Positions 33,854 through 45,583 of a stretch of DNA of 64,000 nucleotides are shown one piece after another; position 1 is the stretch's first letter; every line of letters starts with the position of its first letter. This stretch comes from Protoeuglena noctilucae (Eukaryota). Under the pieces are notes generated by a model. The model had not been told where the DNA came from, did not search any database, and saw only the letters and a program-made list of their open reading frames with translations. The translations under genes were made by a program, and so were the position numbers. The DNA lies in assembly GCA_958009085.1 (NCBI GenBank), contig OY253676.1, positions 434,001 to 498,000 on the forward strand. The letters are read 5' to 3'.

Positions 33854-36800
33854 TCACGTCTTCACAAAAGCGATGTCCGTGATGACGCCCATCATCTCTC
33901 GTATCTTGGCCTCGTTGATGTTGAAGGAATAGATGGGCTCCCCCGTCGCAGCCGTGCTGCGTGTGTCATGGAAACGACGCCTCGTTTGGTGCTATTGTTC
34001 CCTGACACAACAGAGCCAGCACAGACAGCAACGCGTGGGCCAGACAGTGTCAACTACACGCGCTGTGCCGGACCAAGATACACTGGCGCTTCACAATCGC
34101 GAACCCCAGCTGCCCTGCACCGGTGGGGCCCTGTGCCCCAGCACACTCGCCTGTACGTGAGCCATCCGTGGTCGAGGAGCTCTTTCAAATGGTCCTGGAC
34201 GCTGCGCTGGTTCGTGGCCACGAAGGCGTGCTCGCAGCGACGGAAGAGCTCAGAGGCAGGCACGCGGCCCCCCGTGACCTGGGCCATGCTGCACGCCTCC
34301 GCCAGCAGCACGAGCGTGGACCGCGTCGCAGCCCTGTGGGACGCAACCACGCGTGCCGTGGTATGCACGAGCCAGCTGAGCCACCGAGTAATGCACTGGT
34401 GCTGCCAGCTGTGCTGCAAGCAGACCTTGCAATGCCGCAGGCTCGTGACACGGCTCTGCTGCCCCAGCAACCCCACCATGTATGCCATGGCCGCTCACCG
34501 CAGGATGCTCCGCAGCTCGTCCATGGACAGCTCCGGCCTTGCGACATCCCCGGCGCCCTCTTCCTCCTCCTCCTCCTCCCCAGACCCCTCACCCGCCCCC
34601 GCAGCTGCCCCCGCAGCCCTGCGTGCCGCCGCCCCCGTCCCCCGCCTGCGCACGTGGGCCGTCTCCTCGGCGCACGGGGCGTGCGTGTGGACGTACCTGG
34701 GGCCCCACCAGAAGCGCTCGCAGATGGAGCGCGTCCACATGACAGGGAACAGCACCGTGTCGACACTGGCGGCCAGGCGGAAGCTGGGGGCGGTGGTCAG
34801 GAACGAAAGGGGCTCCTGGTCCTCCTCCGCGTTCAGCACGGGGCCGTCCAGGCCGTGGATGAGCACGTACAGCACGCGGGCGCAGGGAGACTCGATCTGT
34901 GGCCACGGGAGCGACAAGGGAGACGTGAGAGGCACAGGGCACGGGGCGGCGCTTGGGGCGGTCCAGCCACGGCCTTTGCCAATGCCCGTCACCTCGAACT
35001 GCTCCGTCAGCCGGGCGGCGAGGTCTTCCGCGCGGAGCGCTGCGTAGTCCGGGACTTGCCGCGGCGTGCCGTTGAGTAGCTGCTCGCCGACAACGCGCAT
35101 GATGTGGGGCAAGCGGTCCCTGGGGTTGTGTCCGAAGAATTGAACGATGCCGGCCAGCTTGTCCCTGCGCAGCATCTCCTGCGAGGACCAGACACGACAC
35201 GCGTGCCATCCACCGCGTCACAAATCATGCACCTCATATCCACGCCATATCCATCTTCATCCACGTGCCCATTGAAACTCACTGAGTAACATTCGTCCCC
35301 GACAATACCCCAGCCAGGCCTCACCTCCGCGAACGTCCGCAGGACCAGCCGCTTGGACCCGACCCCGATGAGCAGCACGCTCCTGCCCAGCACCAAGTCC
35401 GCAGCCCAGCTGCCGAACTGACCCCTGGCCTCCTCCAAAGCCTCCTGTTCCCTCTCCATCACCACGTTCTCGATGCCCGTCTCCTCCACCAGCGCCCGCA
35501 CCTCCTCCGCGGTATGCCATACGATCCCCACGTCGCTCAACCGCAGTCGGCTCTTGCTCAGGCTCCCCAGCCACGACTCCTGCCCCCTCTGCGGCTCCTC
35601 TTTCTGCCCCGCTGGCCCTGGCTCTTCCTCGTCTTCCGATGAAGAAGAGTTCTCTGGGTCACGGCCGCCCGCATCGCCCGGCGGGGCACCGCCGCTGCCT
35701 CCCTCGCCACCTGCGCGCGTGTGAAGTGTGTGTTTCACAAACTGAGAGATCCCGGGCCCCACGCTGCGGTCTGCGCAACGCGCCCTGAGGGAGGCGCAGG
35801 GCGCCCCAGGTGCACCGTCACAGTCACAGCGGATGATGGGCCCATTGCGTGTATCACCTGTCGGCGTAGGTGCCCCCACTGCCACGGACTCCGTGCCCGC
35901 GTTCTTCCTCCGCTTGGACAGCGAGTGCCCCGCTCGCTCCAGCTCCGTCCGATTCTGCTAGGTAGAGAAGAGCAGGGACACTGGCTGAGCCGTCATGCGC
36001 ATGCGTGAAGCTGCAGACAGCTGGACATGCGCCTCCCCCGCTGCACTGCCGGCATGGTTCACGGGCCCGACCGCCACCCTCACCTGCTCCCCGATGTCGC
36101 AAATGCCCTCTCTGTCGAGCCGCACCAACGCCTCGGCTTGCTCTAGGGGGAAGTTGAGGGGCCGCAGGACGGGCCCAGCCCTGCTCGCCTCCGCATCAAA
36201 GACATCGTGCTTGAGCTCGCCGGAGGGCTTCCGGGCAACCAGCAGCGCGTCTGCAGCCCGAGCCGCCTCCTGGAAGCAAAGGCAAAAGGGAGTCTGGGAT
36301 TCAGGAGATGTGCTATCAAACCTCACCTCCACGTGCGCAGCACTGTTGCAACCGAGAGGGGCCAGGCCGCTCACCGCGCTCGTGCTATACTTGGCCCTGT
36401 CACCAAGCAGGCTCCCGTCGCTTAGTGGGATTTGGACGACCCACTTGCCGCTCTGCTTCTGCTGTGATGTGTACTTATACGTCACCTCCACAGCGGCCGC
36501 CACCCTGGTCCCGGCGCTTGCGGCCCGCGGCGCCGCACCGCGTTTCGGGTAGGGGCTTGCTGCGACGAAGGCGAAGGCTGGTGTGGATTAGCTGAGATCG
36601 TCATGAGGCATCCCCCACGGACCCTCGCCTATGCGCCCCTCACTGCGAGGGGAGGGCTTCCAACGCAAAGCCTGCCGGCGTTCCTCCGTCGTCAGGATTG
36701 CGTGCGACGCCTTCACGCTGGCACGTGCCGATCGTCGCACCCTGCGGAACCGACCAGCAGCAGGGGGTCTGGTTGGGTTGCACAGGGCAAGCGTGGCATG

Positions 36801-36950
36801 GGCCCTGCAGCCCAGGCCGATAGCGGCGGTGACCGGTGCGTACCCCGCTGGCTGCGGCTGATCTCCCGCACGCTCTTCGTCCGTCCTCTCCTCGCGCGCA
36901 CCCCCTCCTTTGCCTTCGGCCTTCCTGGCCTTTGCGGATGCCGCGGGCAT
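33854..36950 (-). CDS. ORC2: Origin recognition complex subunit 2 with N-terminal AP2-like domain, multi-exon
   Basis: ORC2 core: QFGSWAADLVLGRSVLLIGVGSKRLVLRTF, LYVLIHGLDGPVL, RLAASVD, THAPCAEET, winged helix ELFRRCEHAFVATN...HLKELLDHGWL. Upstream exons join in frame through GT-AG introns. Confidence 0.8.
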
Positions 36951-37610
36951 GACGACCCTGCGGCGGTGAGCGGACGATGATGGTGTTCACCTCCGCGCAA
37001 CGACCAGTCTTATCCGACACCAGCAGCATCTCACGGGCCGACCGCACAGCGCGCGCGAAGCGAGCGCCATCCCACACCCACGCTAAAGAAGCACCTCCTC
37101 GTCGCCCCTCCGCGGCCGATCCGCGCGAACTAGTCGTCTGCAAGACACTTCTTCAGCGATGGAGTCGGATACCGGCAGAAACGTCTGGCTTGCGCCCTGG
37201 AGACTCGCAGCCAAGCCAGCGCGCACAGCAGAGAGTGTTGGTCTGTCCTCGCTCCTGCAGTTGTCGCCCGCCTTGTCTAAAACGCTGCGACCTTTCACCC
37301 AGCGAAAAGGAAGCCAGGGATGATCGTGCGACTGCATCGCAGCCCCCGTAGAGGTGCGGGCCAGACCACATGTCAGGCGTCAGAGGGGCGTGGCATTGAG
37401 CGTGGCCGAACTGGCCAGTAACTGTCAGTCCAATGCAATGCTCCGTGACCGGCGCGCCCCACGGAGGGGTTTGCCGCATCGCTTGCTCGCGCTCCTTGCA
37501 TGTCTCAGCCTCAAGCGTCCGTGCCAGCCCCTTCCCAGCAAGCCTTCTCATAAGCTACCCTTTCTTCGACTCGCTCTGCTCTGTCGAGTTTCCCTGCATC
37601 CGCTGGCAAG

Positions 37611-40600
37611 ATGGCGGAGCGACTGCGGCTCCTCTCCATCCTGTCCCGCTTGTCGGGTGAGTGTCCCGGGACTAACCGAGCCGTCCCAGTCGCGGGCTGT
37701 CTCTTACGCTGCTCATGTTGATGCTCTTTACAACTGCGACTCCGTTCCACCTCTTGCTCTTGCCGCAGACCGCAGCACGCTCTCCGGCGCTGTCGCCGAC
37801 CTGGGCATGTTCATCGAGCATTTGGAGCCCGCGTCCCTCGCCATGGCCATCAGCCTCCTGAGCCAAGATGCGCCGGAGCCCAAGGCCTTTGCGCGGAGGG
37901 AGATTGTGGTGAGGCCTTGGGCGAGCGGCAGGCACGGGGACGGCCCTCGCCACCCCTCGCAAAGGCTGCCCTGCCTTTGTCTTTGCAGCTGGGACTCGCC
38001 AAGCTCCTGCAGCCCGGATCTCCTGTCCGCTCCGCTGCTCTGAAGCCCAGCCCCTTGCAACGAATCCTCAACACGGCCAAGGCACGGTCCCGTGACCAAG
38101 ACTCCACCGTCCGGTGCGTGCCGCCCTGCGCTGTCACACCATCTCATCGTCCGCGATGGTCTGATCATTGAGTAGCCATAGAGTCCTGTATCTGCAAAGA
38201 GCACGCCCTTTGTCCTGCAGGGATGCGTGTGCGTCCGTTTTCGTGGCGGCGGCTGCGGCGATGGACGACGTGGGGCACCCACAGGCCACGGGAGATGGGG
38301 GCAACCCCGTCATCCGTGCGCTGCTTGACCTCATGTCTGACAGGGGCCGTGCAGAGCAGCACGTGGGCAGCTATGCGCTCGGCAGGGTCGTGCACTTCAC
38401 GGGTGGCCTCGACCAGTCCATCATAAAGACCCTCGTCAAGGTGTCGTGGCTTCCCGGGGCGCCCTCTGTTTCTGTAATAAACAATGATAGGGTGCATGAG
38501 TATCACTCGCCCTCCACTCACCCTCAGATGCTCTACTCGCCGACCTTCCTCGCGAGAGGGTCCCTGATCGCGACCTTTGCGCGCATGGAGTCGCTCGGAC
38601 AGAGTGGGGCACTCAACACCCCCCCGGGCACCCTCGCGCCCCGCAGCCGCCCCGGGTCGCCCCGGCGCACCTTCGGCGAGAGCTCCGCGCCGCAGCCGGC
38701 TGGCCTCGGTGAGCAATGCAACGAAACCCTCATGTCTGCGACTGGCGACGTGACGCGGTCGCTGCCATGCACCGCTGCTGTGCTTCCAACGCTGCGTCTG
38801 CTCCCGACGCCTGGCCTGCAGTCGTGACGTCCGGAGGCCTGCTCCTCCCCGTCCTGCCTCTCATCCTCGGAGCTGCGCCAGACACGCAGGGAGCCCCCGT
38901 GTCGCCCTCACCCGCGCCCGCTACTCGCCTCGGCGGGCTGCTGGCTGCCATGTCCGACGCCTCAGACTGGACCACACGTCGTGCCGCAGCCGAGGCGTGC
39001 CTGGCGCTCGTATGGGCGCTGGGACCGGCCCTGGATGCGTCCGTGGACCCCTCCACGCCCTCTGCGGACCCCTCCCGGCCCTCGGCGCGCGTGGCGGCGG
39101 TGGCGCGGGCGACGCGCTTCGACCGCGTGAGGGACGTGCGGTCGTACGGCGCCCTCGCCGCGGCCGGCTGCCGCGTCCTGCAGGAGTACCTCGACTCCCG
39201 CACTGACGAGCCCTGGCCGGACCACGTGGCGGCACGGATGGCTGGGGAGGTGTCGGCCGCGCTCGATCCACGCACCGCCGTCAGCCCCGCCGGCAGCCCC
39301 GCGCGCGGCCGCAGCCCCAGCCGTGGTCGCGTGGGGGATGCCCCTGTCAGTGAGGCGTTCCTGGAAGCGCAGCGCCGGGGCGAGGAGGTCCGCGCGCCCT
39401 TCATGGACGCAATGCGGGCGTCGGCGGGCGACAGTCCAAGGAGAGAGAACAAGCAAGAGGCCCCGCCGGGCGGCGACGACGCTGAGCCGGCCCATGAGAT
39501 GGTGAGCGGGGCTGGGACCAGCGGCAGCAAGGGCACGGGCACTTGCGACAGACTGAGGGGCTCTTGACTGGTGCTACGAGTGGTGTTATGGCAAAGTGCT
39601 TGGCTCCATTCGTACCTCGCAGGGGGATGCAGAGGAGGCATGGGACGGAACCTTCGCGTCCGCGAGGAGTGGGAACGGAGGTGCTGTCGAGAGGCAGGGG
39701 ATGCCCGAGCCTCCCACGGCAGATTCGCCAGCCGGCGTCGCAAACGCCGGTCGAGGGCCCTCGCGCAATGGCGCCTGGGACGTGCCACCAGATGCACCCA
39801 CTCCCTTCACTCCAAACGGACCCCACGCATTGGTGCCGGTCCGGGGCAGCGCCGACCAGAGCGCAGGGCATGGACCGCCCCCCGATTCCACGGCTGTGGA
39901 GGCGCGGCTGGCGCAACTGGCCGCCCAGCAGGACCGCATGATGCAGCTGCTGGAGTACTTCACCGACTCGACGACCGCGGCCATCCAGGCACTCACCCGC
40001 CGCATCGAGGGCGTCGAGGGCGTGGCAGCGGATCTGAGGGCAGCGGTCGAGGCTGCTACCTCAGACCGCTTCCACCTGCGAGCCACCGCGTCGCCCAGGT
40101 CGCCCGCGCGGCCCTCCGAACAGAGAGGACCGGGCGGCGCTGGCCGGGCGGAGGGCGGGGCTGCCACCGCCGCTCTGCCAGACTCTTTGGGCAATCGCGG
40201 GTCGGGGCAGGTGTCCGGGCCCGGGACCGCCATGACCACCGCTATGGTCCCATCCCAAGGCTCGGCGGGGCGGCCGCTGGATCCCGGCGTGGTCGAGGAG
40301 TTCCGGCGCGCGGTGGACGCGGTCGTGACTGGGTCGGACGTGGGGAGGGGCGAGGCGCGCATGCTGGCGATGATGCACGACATGGGGCCGGCGCTGGACG
40401 TGCTGCCAGGGGAGCTGCCGCAGCGGGCCATCCGGGCGCTCCTGCGGGTGCTGGTGGCGTCGGACGACCCAGACACGAGGGCCGTGCCTCTGGCGTGGCT
40501 GGGGCAGCTACGCGACCTCGCAGATGCCCAAGACCCTCGCACGCCCAAGGTGCCCCTGGACGTGCAGTACCATGTCATCACGGCGCTGGGCCCGCTCGGC

Positions 40601-42904
40601 GCCCACGCCCGGCCGCTCCTGGCGGACTTGAGTGCTCTGTGGGGCATCCCGGCGTCGTTTGCCGAGTCCTTTGCCAGCTCGGCGGCCCTGTCGGTGGCGC
40701 TGGGCAACTCCCAGGCGCTCGCCTTGGCAGCCGGGGCTGACGTCCGGCGGAGCCGCGCGGCCGGGGGAGCGCCGCGACGGGGCTACGCGGGGCCGTCGCA
40801 CCTGCAAGCGTCAGCACCGGCGCCGAGCGCAGCAGAGAGCGCGGGTGGTAGAGCGGAGGGCGGACGAGGGTTGCCAGCGGGCGATGGGGATCCTAAGCGG
40901 TCGCGGGGCGACAGGGACGATGTTTTTGACGTCGCCGCGGCCCAGATGTCTCCACAGGCGGTGGGGCGGACATCGCGGGCATGGACGCCCGACCCCGTGG
41001 GGCAGGGCCGGAGCTCGGGCGACCCGCAGGGCCCTGGGCTGGTGGGCGGCTACGTCGCGGGGATGCAAGGGGCGTGGCAGGGTCAGGTGGGGGCCGACGG
41101 GGACGGCATGAGGGCCTCGCATGCCCAAGCGTTGTCCCGGCGGAGTTGGCAACAAGTGGAGCCTCACGCGGGCGAGGGAACCATGTACCCCGTCGATGTC
41201 GGACACAATGCCGGGGATTACATCGACTATGACGTCGGGTGGCCCCAGGCAGGGCTCATGGGTCCTGACGCGGCTTTTGCGAGGCCCGCATCGCGGCAAG
41301 CCCCGCTGGGCCCGCCCGCTCCGGTGGCATCTGGCATGCACGGGGCGCCGGTGGGCCAGGGTGTGCGCGTGGCACAGCAGGGACCCATGCCTGGGGTTGC
41401 CAGCTTAATGCCCTCGCGGGTCAGCGCTGGGGGTTGGGGTTCCATGGTGCCGGGTTCGATTCCCGGCAACGGGCGGGGAGACGTTTACCCCCCTGACGCA
41501 ACATTCGCGTCGACAGATGGGATGGTGGCTCCAGGTGCAGAGACGGGGGATGGCGGGGTTTTCGATGGCACAGGCGCAGACGCGATGGCTCGTCTGGGTG
41601 TCGCTGACCGGGTGGGGCAAGGCGGGCCAGGGCCAGGGCAGTACTTGGAGCAGGCGCGATCAACTCGTGTCTCAGGGTACGGGTATTCAGCATCGGGGTA
41701 CCCTGGCAGTGACCTTGGAGCCCCGTACCCGGCCAAGCCCCGCGTCGCCAGTCGCGCGAGCCTCGAAGCGCCGAATGATCTTGGCCCCGCACGCTCTGGG
41801 CCTGTCAACCCCTAGGGCCGCCCTCCTCCTCCCCGGCCGCCGTCCGCTGCGGGGAGCGTCAGCCGGGCGCCGTCCCAGGCAGCGGGGGCGGCATACGAGA
41901 TCCCGTCGCAGGCGCAGCTCCGGAGCAGCGCAGATGGGTCGGCGCAGCCCGGGCCACGCCAGGCGGCGCCCATGGCACCAGCATTGGCTGCCTCTGCGTC
42001 CCCGGTCGCCGTATCTGTCTCCTCCCGCTCTCTGCGGGACCTGGGTCAGGGCCCAGACAGTGCCCGGGGCAACGCCCGCGTCCCGCAGGCAGGCCCGTCG
42101 CGGCAGGCGTCGGCGGTGGGCGGAGGTGGGGTCGCGGTCGCTGGGGCGGTCGACGCAAGGCCCTCGCCAGTCGGGCCTTCGCGCACCGTGTCATCCGCCG
42201 GCGGTGCGCGGCAATCCCCGGCCGCGTTCGATGGGCCTCCCGGTGGCGAGGACCGAGGCCCCATGAGCCGGGCAGTGTCCTCCGTAAGTCGCGCAGGTGC
42301 AGGGGCTGCTGCAGTGGGGTGCTCGGGCGAAGCCCAGGAGAGCGGCAGCCGCGCTGCGTTGGTGGGCAGTCGAGTGGATACGGGAATGCAGGACGTGCCT
42401 GCGCCTGTGCCTGGGGTGGAGAGGGCAGCATCCCTACATGACCCACGCCCTTCATCGGGGAGGGTGGAGCGCCAGGTGTCTGAGGCGCGTGGACTGCATG
42501 AAGGGTCCCGGGCGCCGTCCAGAGCCGCGTCGCTTGCGGTTGGCGCGGACCGCGTCGGTGGGAGCGCCGGCTTCGTGGACGGACGCGATGGCGCCAGTCA
42601 GCAAGCGTCGTTCAGGGCAGGACCACCGCAGGCGGAGGGCGCTGCTGTGGATGCGGGTGCCTCTGAAAGACGCGTTTCGGTGGGAGGCGGGTCCGTCGGG
42701 GGAGCAGTGGGGAGCGCGGGGGTCGAGGCTGCAGGTGTAGCGGGGTCGCGCCTTGAGCGAGTCCCCAGCTGGGCCGGCGGTGGGGGCGAGGAGGGTTCAG
42801 GGGTGTGGCGAGCGGGAGTCATGGGGGAGCTTGACGCGCTGCAGGAGAAGATGGCGGGGCTGGGGCCGTCTGGAAGAGCTAGCCGGGCAGGGAGTGATCG
42901 GTAG
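37611..42904 (+). CDS. TOR1: TORTIFOLIA1/SPIRAL2-like HEAT-repeat microtubule-associated protein; in-frame TAG at 41813-41815 makes the true end ambiguous (41815 or 42904)
   Basis: LSILSRLS|DRSTLSGAVADL, RSRDQDSTVR|DAC, SDWTTRRAAAEAC, TRFDRVRDVR, coiled coil LAQLAAQQDRMMQLL...LTRRIEGVE, C-terminal MMHDMGPALDVL block. Confidence 0.78.
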
Positions 42905-43337
42905 CTCTGGCACGGTGTCAGGTGCTTGTGGGTAGACTTAGGGTCTTGTTCAGGGCGATTGAACGTTGGTAAGCGACACACACGAAGTCCATGCGCTCGC
43001 ATCACTCGTTGTTGGCCGGGATACTGCGCATTCGGCCCCGTGCTTTGGCTACACGGGTGTCGTGTCTTGGCCGCTCTCATCTCTTCGCCTGCCACTCGAC
43101 AGCACGCTCCTCGAGCAGCACATTGAGCAAGGGATCCCTGTTTTTGGTCTCGCCCCGCCCAGGAGCCGCTCGGCGGCCGTGCACGGTCAGTTTCGTCCAT
43201 CGTCGCAAAAATGCGGGTCTCTCCTGCGTCGCTGCGCGATCTCCTGATTGCTCGGATGCACCTCCCAGCTCCGTGTCTTCCACATGGTTACCATCGCTTG
43301 CCACAATCGCTGTGTCCTGTCCTCTCCACGCAGGGCC

Positions 43338-45364
43338 ATGGAGGGCGGCGTGCGGGCCGAGGCCAGCTCGCCGCCGCTGAGCCCAGGGGTGGATCGCTTC
43401 ATTCCAGCAAGACCATCTAGCCTCCATGTGTCTCTTGTAGGTGGGTTTTTTGCATATGCGCTCGTTCCGTGCCACTGGATTGTGCTTGTGCTTGAGCGCT
43501 TCCATTCGCGCATCAGAGCTCCAAATACCTCAGCGCCTCGTGGATGTGCGCAGAGCCTGTAGGTTTAGCGGATGCGGCGGCGGGGTCCCGAGGAGGAGAG
43601 CGGGAGGACGGGCAAGCGTACAGCCACTTGTTGCGAGCAGAGCTTTTGGGGGTGCGGCCGCCCGCCCAGTCACCGAGCGCCGGGGCGGGCCCATCGTCGC
43701 GATCGGCGGGTGCGACGCCCACCTCTCCGAAGCTCCTGCGCTTCCGCCCGTCCGCCACGCCCGCGCCCGGCACGCCCGACGCGCCGCACTCGCCCTTCAG
43801 GTGCGTTGCAGCGCCCAGCGGGAGAAGCTGCGGACGTCCCGCTCTTCCAGTCGTTTGGTATTTCGATAGAATGCCCATCGGGCCACTCGAGTCCCTCTCC
43901 TTCGCTGCAGCCTGTCTCCTGTGGGGAGCGACGTCTCCTCCCGTGCAGGCGTGAGCCCTTCACCCTCACGCCGCCGCATCTCTCGCACGCCCTTCAAGGT
44001 TCTGGACGCCCCCGCGCTTCGGGACGACTTCTACCTCAACCTGGTCGACTGGAGCCCCCAGAACGTGATTGCCGTCGGCCTGGGTCCGTGCGTGTACCTG
44101 TGGAGCGCCAGCAACAGCCGCGTCTCCAAGCTTTGCGACCTCACCGGCACCAACAGCCACGTGTGCTCCGTGGCGTGGACGCAGGCGCGTGTTGCAGCCC
44201 TCTCTCTGCTCCCACACTTGCAGCACGGTCGCAACAAGGTGCACGATTGTGACTTGCTCGAGCAAGATTGTATTCACCGAGCTTATGTGTTGTTCTGACC
44301 TCTCTGCAGCGCGGCACGTACCTAGCGGTCGGCACGAGCTCGGGGCAGGTGTCTGTTTGGGACCCGGAGCGCGCCGGGACGGTGGCAACGCGCACATGGG
44401 AGCACGCGCACAGCGGCAGGGTCGGCGCGCTGTCTTGGTCGTCGCACGTCCTCGCGTCTGGATCTGTGGACCAGTCAATTGGGCTCCGGGACGTCCGCGC
44501 CCCGGACGCGGCCACAGCGACGCTGGTGGGACACCGCAGCGAGGTGTGCGGGATCAAGTGGTCCCCTGACGACCGAGAGCTCGCGTCGGGCGGAAACGAC
44601 AACGTTGTGCATATATGGGGACGCCACTCTGCCATGCCGCTGCACCGTTTCACCGAGGTAAGGCTGCAGCACACACTGCTGGGTGCGATACGGCTTCTCT
44701 CGCCTTTCTCCCTGCCAGTTGTCGACATAATGGTTCAACTTGTCCCCTCCGCAGCACACGGCTGCGGTGAAGGCCTTGGCCTGGTCCCCTCACCAACACG
44801 GCCTCCTGGCTTCGGGCGCGGGGTCTGCCGACCGCACCATTCGCTTCTGGAACACCATTACCGGCGCATGCATGTCGTCCATCGACTCGGGCTCACAGGT
44901 GAGCTGTTTGGGATCAGCAGCCTGCGTGTGCGTGACACCCGGCGCAGCAGCAGGCGCACCGTCGCTGGCGTCGCAAACGCAGGTCTGCAACATGCTCTGG
45001 TCCAAGACAGTCAACGAGCTCGTCACCACGCACGGCTACCGCAACAACCACATCGTCATATGGCGGTACCCCGACATGTCCAAGGCGAGAGGCAGCGACT
45101 TGCTTGCGATTGCTTGCATTGTCGCGTCGCTCGTCCCTACGGCCCTGCCTTGACGCTCGCCGCCTCGACTGGCCGCAGATCGCGACGCTCACCGCCCACG
45201 AGATGCGCGTCCTGTACCTGGCCATGTCACCTGACGGGCAAACCATCGTCACGGGTGCGGGAGACGAGACCCTTCGCTTCTGGAGCGTGTTCCCTGGGCC
45301 CCGTCAGTCGCTCTCGTCCATCGACAGTGGGCTTTCGGGGATGAATCTCGCACACATACGATAG
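43338..45364 (+). CDS. CDH1: APC/C activator CDH1/FZR (CCS52), multi-exon
   Basis: C-box DRFIPAR, Cdh1-specific motif [35 protein letters not shown]40 repeats, [26 protein letters not shown], terminal IR tail. Confidence 0.95.
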
Positions 45365-45583
45365 CAGACCCGGACTAAGTGCCGTGGTTGGTGGTTTGTT
45401 GCGTTTGGCTCCGTGCACTGCGCACCTGACCTGCACTCGCTGAAATGCCATCTTGCTCGCTCTCGCCCCATTTCCCTCTACATCTGGCAAGCGCGTTCAA
45501 CCACAGCTAGCGTGGCTCCCTGCTGGCCCACAACGCGAGCGGGGCAAGCGCAGACGCGCCCATGCCTCTCTTTAAGCCCGGCT

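Noticed and set aside
12131..45364. Genome-wide TAG reassignment (for example to Gln), suggested by two in-frame TAGs
   Set aside because: TAG terminates conserved C-termini in DIM1 (KYRY*) and CDH1 (IR*), and no TAG was seen inside conserved exons of housekeeping genes.
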